DNA of 64,000 nucleotides from Tubiluchus corallicola. Taxonomy: Eukaryota; Animalia; Priapulida. The notes beneath the pieces are model-generated. The model worked only from the letters and a program-made list of their open reading frames with translations. It was not told where the DNA came from and made no database searches. The position numbers and the translations under genes were made by a program. The stretch is taken from contig JAQGDQ010000157.1 of the NCBI GenBank assembly GCA_030141605.1, positions 385,266-449,265 on the forward strand, written 5' to 3'. Below are positions 58,734-64,000 of the stretch, one piece after another (within the stretch, counting starts at the first letter, position 1; each line of letters starts with the position of its first letter).

Positions 58734-60805
58734 GTAGCAACAATTTTTATAACTCTCTTTTGCTTTTGAGCTACTAACCAATACAGTAAGTCCTTGCTTA
58801 ACGACGCTAATGAGTTCCAGCAAAACGTGACTCTAATTGAAACGGCATTAAATGAAATCAAGACTTCCATAGAAAGTAATGTAGAAGAATTGTGAGGCAA
58901 AATCAATGGTACTTAGTTCATATAAATTAAATGTTTTGTGAGTTTTTTCATATTTCTGCTGATTAATTTCTTTCTGCTTGGTTGTAACTACCTTACCAAT
59001 ACCTAGATAATGTTACCATTGAAGCTCTAGCTACTCAGTTAGCGGTTGAAAACTGCATAGTAAAAGACAAGCTCCGGGGAAGCCTTAAGACAATTTCGTC
59101 TAGATATTGGTTGATATAGCAACTGGTTACAGGCAAAATTCCTTGTACAAAATTTGTACCCAGATGCCCGCAAATAGATCTCACGTTATACAAGTGGCTA
59201 GCATTTAGCAGTCAGTCTGGAAGCAAAAGGATGTATAATAATTGTACTATTTATGTTACTAGTATGCTTTTAGAACAAAACAATGTGATATGTACTGATT
59301 TTTTGCTTCAAATTGGGTAAAAATGTTGTAGATAAAATAAACAAAAGTTGTTAAAATGAAACATGTCAAATATTTAGCATCGTTGAAACAAAACAGCATT
59401 AAATGAGGAGTCTTTAAGCGAGGACTTACTGTATCAGCATTTATACTAAGAAATTGGTTTGTTTATCGCGACATGTCTCGATAATATACCAACTTTTTAT
59501 TTTGAACTTTTTGTACTTTTGTCGGTGCATTTACTATGTTAACTTCCTTCTAAAAAGACAAGTTGTGTTGATTTGCAATTATGAGATAGATGGAGTCAAA
59601 CCTCGTTATAACACCCCCACGTTAAGGCCCAAATTTGTGCCAAAATAAAATGCGTATATTTGCAACGACATGTATGTATTAATACACCTCGTTGTGATGC
59701 CATTCTCGCTTAACTCCAACTTTTTTGCAGGTCTAATTTTGGTATAAAGAGATTTGATTGTATTCGATCCTGTTTCTATTAATAAAGGAAGGTTTGTTAT
59801 AAACACTAAGAAACTGATATACAGTATAGCATCATTATAGCGAAACTGCTAGGGACCCATAGAAAAGTATGTTATAACGGATGTACTCTATAAGCATATG
59901 CGGCTGATGATATGGATTACTAGATGGACAAGCACGTATTAATAATTAAAGTGTATAAATAAAATGTACAATGTTTGGTTTCATAGAGGATGTAAAAGTA
60001 CTTTTAAAAGATTCTGACAAGTATCATAGTAGTATGTTAATATTCAATGAAATATATTTTATATTACTTCAGGAAACTATAAGTTGATGATCGTGTTATA
60101 TTAAATTGTATGTGCACGTTCAGCTGTAAATTTACATAACATGTTCGTTCAGTAAAGTCAATGAGATTCAAAAAGTCGGGCAAATTTGTTAGCACAAAAT
60201 TTCTGTTTTTCTCTTGTATAAAAAGTTTCTGCAGCAAATTAAGAGCAGTATGGTTCATCACTTGATAAACATCTAATTAGCATGCTGCCATTAGGGCCTG
60301 GTGAAAAAACTTTTTTTCAATGTTATTGTTTTTGTTATTGGGCCTTATATTCCAGTGCTGCAGCTTTTAGAAAAATCTATATAGAGCTAATGTTAAAGTA
60401 TTAGTTAACATGTGGCAACATATGTATAAATACACACATGTTTAAATTTCACAGACACATCTTTCTAATATGCAAAACTGTCATAGTTGAGTGTGCCATA
60501 TCAGTTAATCATTCCACACATCTGGTGAAAGTTGGTAGGTCAGTCGAGTGGTTATAAAAGTTTTTAAGGTTTGTCAGATTACTACCAAATGAGCATAATT
60601 CCGAATTCTTCAGATAAGTGGAGACACATCTTCCTAAAGCTAAATCTAGCTGAAAATTTACCCGTGTTAGTATATTTTCAAACCTCCAAAGTAGGAAAAG
60701 TTGTAAAGAGATTGAATAAAATTTTTTTTCATCACACCCTAGTGTATCTGTACGTAGATAAAATATCTATGTGCCAGACTAGTAGACAAAATGGCCTTTT
60801 GATGT

Positions 60806-61108
60806 GACGTGTTAACAACTCCGTATGCTGCATACCTAACAAATGCAACAACTTTCTTGCAGCTCTAGTAATAACGGGGCAAGTTAATATTTAAACGGCT
60901 GACAACGACGTGCTAATAACTCCGTATGCTGCATACCTAACAAACGCAACAACTTTCTTGCAGCTCTAGGAATGACGGGGCAAATTAATATTCAAACGGC
61001 TGACAACGACGTGCTAACAACTCCGTATGCTGCATACCTAACAAATGCAACAACTTTCTTGCAGCTCTAGGAATGACGGGGCAAATTAATATTCAAACAG
61101 CTGACAAC
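60806..61108. repeat. Minisatellite, 101-bp unit x3
   Basis: gacgtg unit starts at 60806, 60907 and 61008. Confidence 0.95.
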
Positions 61109-61188
61109 TTTTAGGCAAAGTACGCTGTAAAAACTCATAAATACATAATAATACTGGTAATGGGGCCTGATAAAAAGGTCTACACTAC

Positions 61189-61574
61189 CAGGGCCTATGG
61201 AGTCGGAGTCGGCAATAAATTTACTGCTAAAAGACTCGGAGTCGGAGTTGTTAAAACTTATGGTTTTGCAGTCTGAGTCGGGACTCAGGAGTACACTTAT
61301 TGTTAGAGGAGTTGGTGTTAGAGTCGGTAAAAATTGACAAACTCAAACTCTAGTTACTTTTAACTTTTAACAAATTTATGCATAACATCCCATTTTGGGA
61401 TGCTTTTGTATTGGAGTCTATGCAGCTAGACTGTTTTTTTGAGCCTAAGAAGTAGTGATGCACTCTGTAGCTAAATTTTGAGAGTACTGCAAACTATTAC
61501 TTATAAGCAGGAGTCGGAGTTGGGGCTCCTGAAATTTTAGGAGCCAGAGTCAGGAGTACAACTCCACCCCCCTG
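61189..61574. mobile_element. hAT-like MITE with GGAGTC subterminal repeats
   Basis: CAGGG...CCCTG ends and many ggagtcggagt units; no clear TSD. Confidence 0.6.
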
Positions 61575-61890
61575 CCTGGTGCAGTACGCAATAACAGAGT
61601 ACATTGTATTCAAAGCTCTTATACTAGTTAAATGAATAATGAAAGTTTGTTCTTTTTTGTGAGTTCACAGTAAACCATGTTTGCCATCATAATTTTATAC
61701 TGTACATACTCATGTCTAGCGGAATATACTCCATAGCTCAGTAATGACAGATGCACTTTACTCCGCACTTCTAAGAATTTTCTTCATTAATTAACTGCCC
61801 CCCCCCCCAATATGTGTCATCTAATGAAAGTTTGTGTGTATTCCACGGTTAATTGTTATGTTTTTATTGACAATGTTTTTTATGTTTTAG

Positions 61891-61995
61891 CTGAGAGATT
61901 ATTGCAATTGTACATATCGTATTTTTAAAACTGAGAAATATCCGTCATATGTTAGTGATTTCAAGTTGCATGCATATCGACCAATCATTATTCAG
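61891..61995 (+). CDS. DUF1647-like protein exon 3
   Basis: LRDYCNCTYRIFKTEKYPSYVSDFKLHAYRPIIIQ; ttttag| and |GTAAGT. Confidence 0.88.
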
Positions 61996-62162
61996 GTAAG
62001 TTGTATCGCATTCAAATTTTAAGTTTTACGTTTTTTTTATTTTTAAAATACTGCACAAAATTGATACGTAATGCATTTTTATTGAAATTGTGATCAAAAT
62101 TTTCATTTAGCCTGATTATATTTTCTAATTTCGAGGGTCGAGAATAGGATAATTTCAATAAT

Positions 62163-62694
62163 CAGTGGCAGCTCGTCGTACAGGTACTCCAGCACTGCCT
62201 GTTTTCAATCAATATTATCAGTAATATTCAATATAATAAGTCTTTTTCCTTTAGCTCTTTCTTTTTACTTGTACTGTCCAGAGCACATGAGGGTGGTACT
62301 GTTTGCTTCACAGCCCAGCACAGTGGTGTGTTTGGTGTTTGATTGTTGCGCGCACACGCCCTTGAGCACAATTCAGAGCCTTTATGCTGCACTTTAGGTA
62401 GAGAGAGCTCTGTCGCTCACGCAGTGTGTGTTATCAGTTGTTATGTGCTTAACCGCCGCGTACTGGCATATTCTTGAACTGCCACAATTTAGGCTATATG
62501 TAAACAAACAATCTCTGTTTAGCACTTTATCATGTTTAGGCATAAATTTTCGTATGTTTGCTTGTTTAAAATTACAATTACAAATTACAACATTAAAATT
62601 ACACATGTTTATTTCGTTTTACACAGTATTAAAACAATGGTTAAACATTTTTTGAAGCAGCAATCCTACTAATTTTAATTACAAGCTGCTACTA
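62163..62694. mobile_element. MITE family G, copy 2
   Basis: Homologous to 36248 in the same orientation; degraded TIR and TSD. Confidence 0.88.
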
Positions 62695-62885
62695 TAGATA
62701 ATGTTACAACTTTGCCATTCTCTTTGCTAAAGATGACTTTCAATAGCTTGTTAAAGAAATAGCCCTTTAATGCTGTTAACAAAGGCTAAAGAAAGCAAGA
62801 TCGCTAGATGAAAAGCATTGAATTATCTAGTTCCGTTGCCATATGAATGCTATATGAAATCTGTTTTCGCTAAAAGCAAGTTTTT

Positions 62886-63401
62886 CATTGGCGGCTTGTA
62901 GTTAAAATTAGTGGGGGTGCTGTTTTAGAAAAATTTTAGCCATTGTTTTAATACTGTGTAAAACAAAACAAACATGCAATTTTAATGTTGTAATTTGTAA
63001 TCCTAATTTTAAACACACAAACATACGAAAATTTATACATAAACTTGAAAAAATCCTAAAAAAAATTTTCTTAGGAACGGCCTAAATTGTTGCAATGCAA
63101 AAATCTGCCGGTACACCGTTTTTAAGCACGTGACAACTGGCAAGAGACTGTGTGGGTACTCTCTCTATCCAAAGTGCAGCATAAAGGCTCAGACATGTGC
63201 ACAAGGCTGCGTGCGCACAACACCCAAACACCAAACACACCACTGTGCTGGGCTGTGAAACAAGCAGTACTACCCTCACGTGCTCTGGTTCCGTACAAGT
63301 ATAAAGAAAGAGCTAAAGAAGAAAAGACTTATTATATTGAATATTATCGATAATATAGGGGGTGCTGCAGTTCCACAGTGCCTATACATGAGCCGCCACT
63401 G
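62886..63401. mobile_element. MITE family G, copy 3 (inverted)
   Basis: Reverse-complement body; perfect 8-bp TSD AAGTTTTT. Confidence 0.92.
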
Positions 63402-63470
63402 AAGTTTTTACTGTTATATTTAAAAATTAAAAATCTAAAGAAAATTCCATGTATTTTTTCACTAATTTAG

Positions 63471-64000
63471 GAAGCACTTGATGAATTTGGCAGTATTATT
63501 TTTCTGGACCCCACGGTTCGTCTCACCACATCAAACATCACATCGTACCTGAACCGAGCACGAGGTACGGGCCTCCTTGTTTGGAGTCTACAGTCTGATA
63601 TACCCATCCCAACTTCAGCGCTTACACATGAGAAAATGTTTGCCTTCTTCAACAGAAAGAAGGAGGACTATTATTTTCACCGCATGGCGGAGCCGGATAA
63701 TATGATTATTTTTAACACACACGCTGTGCACATGAATCTCATGTTACCATGGTTACAGTGTACTCTCATCTTCAATTGCTTAGCACCAATTGGTGCTCAA
63801 GATACAGGTTGTAATTTTGATCACAAGCCACTGTATCTGTATACTGGCTGCCATCGCTATGACACCTCAGCCTTTAACATTGCTCTTGGTGTAAAGTACA
63901 GAGCTGAAGATTATCTGGGTGGAGAAGATAAGTTTTATCGACATATCGTGCCTGGAGAACCTGTCATGATGGAACAGGAAATTGCAAACCAAACAGACAC
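63471..64000 (+). CDS. DUF1647-like protein exon 4 (truncated by window end)
   Basis: EALDEFGSIIFLDPTVR...THEKMFAFF...MLPWLQCTL..CLAPIGA...GCHRYDTSAFN. The PW..C and CHRYD.S motifs are ones I recall from DUF1647 proteins. Confidence 0.85.

Overview
AT-rich, intron- and MITE-dense animal genomic DNA, probably from an invertebrate; no prokaryotic features and no CRISPR array. Four protein-coding genes were assembled by hand from splice sites and reading frames. (1) An atypical class A GPCR-like gene (+, 7 coding exons, 104..25491, about 859 aa) has a ~500-aa disordered, Tyr-rich tail and one GC-AG intron. (2) 6-phosphogluconate dehydrogenase PGD (-, 11 coding exons, 28187..41943, 482 aa). (3) ATM kinase is encoded by a single uninterrupted 9132-nt ORF (+, 46260..55391), head-to-head with PGD. 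(4) A DUF1647-like type II membrane protein (+, from 57979/57991, runs off the window end) has a leader packed with uORFs. Introns carry at least eight non-autonomous DNA-transposon families, CR1-type LINE ends, tRNA- and 5S-derived SINEs, a Penelope-like remnant with a decayed hammerhead ribozyme, and mini- and microsatellites. The standout is an intronless ATM beside intron-rich neighbours, possibly sharing an E2F-containing divergent promoter with a pentose-phosphate enzyme. Gene models are manual, and transposon superfamily labels rest on termini and target-site duplications (TSDs) only.
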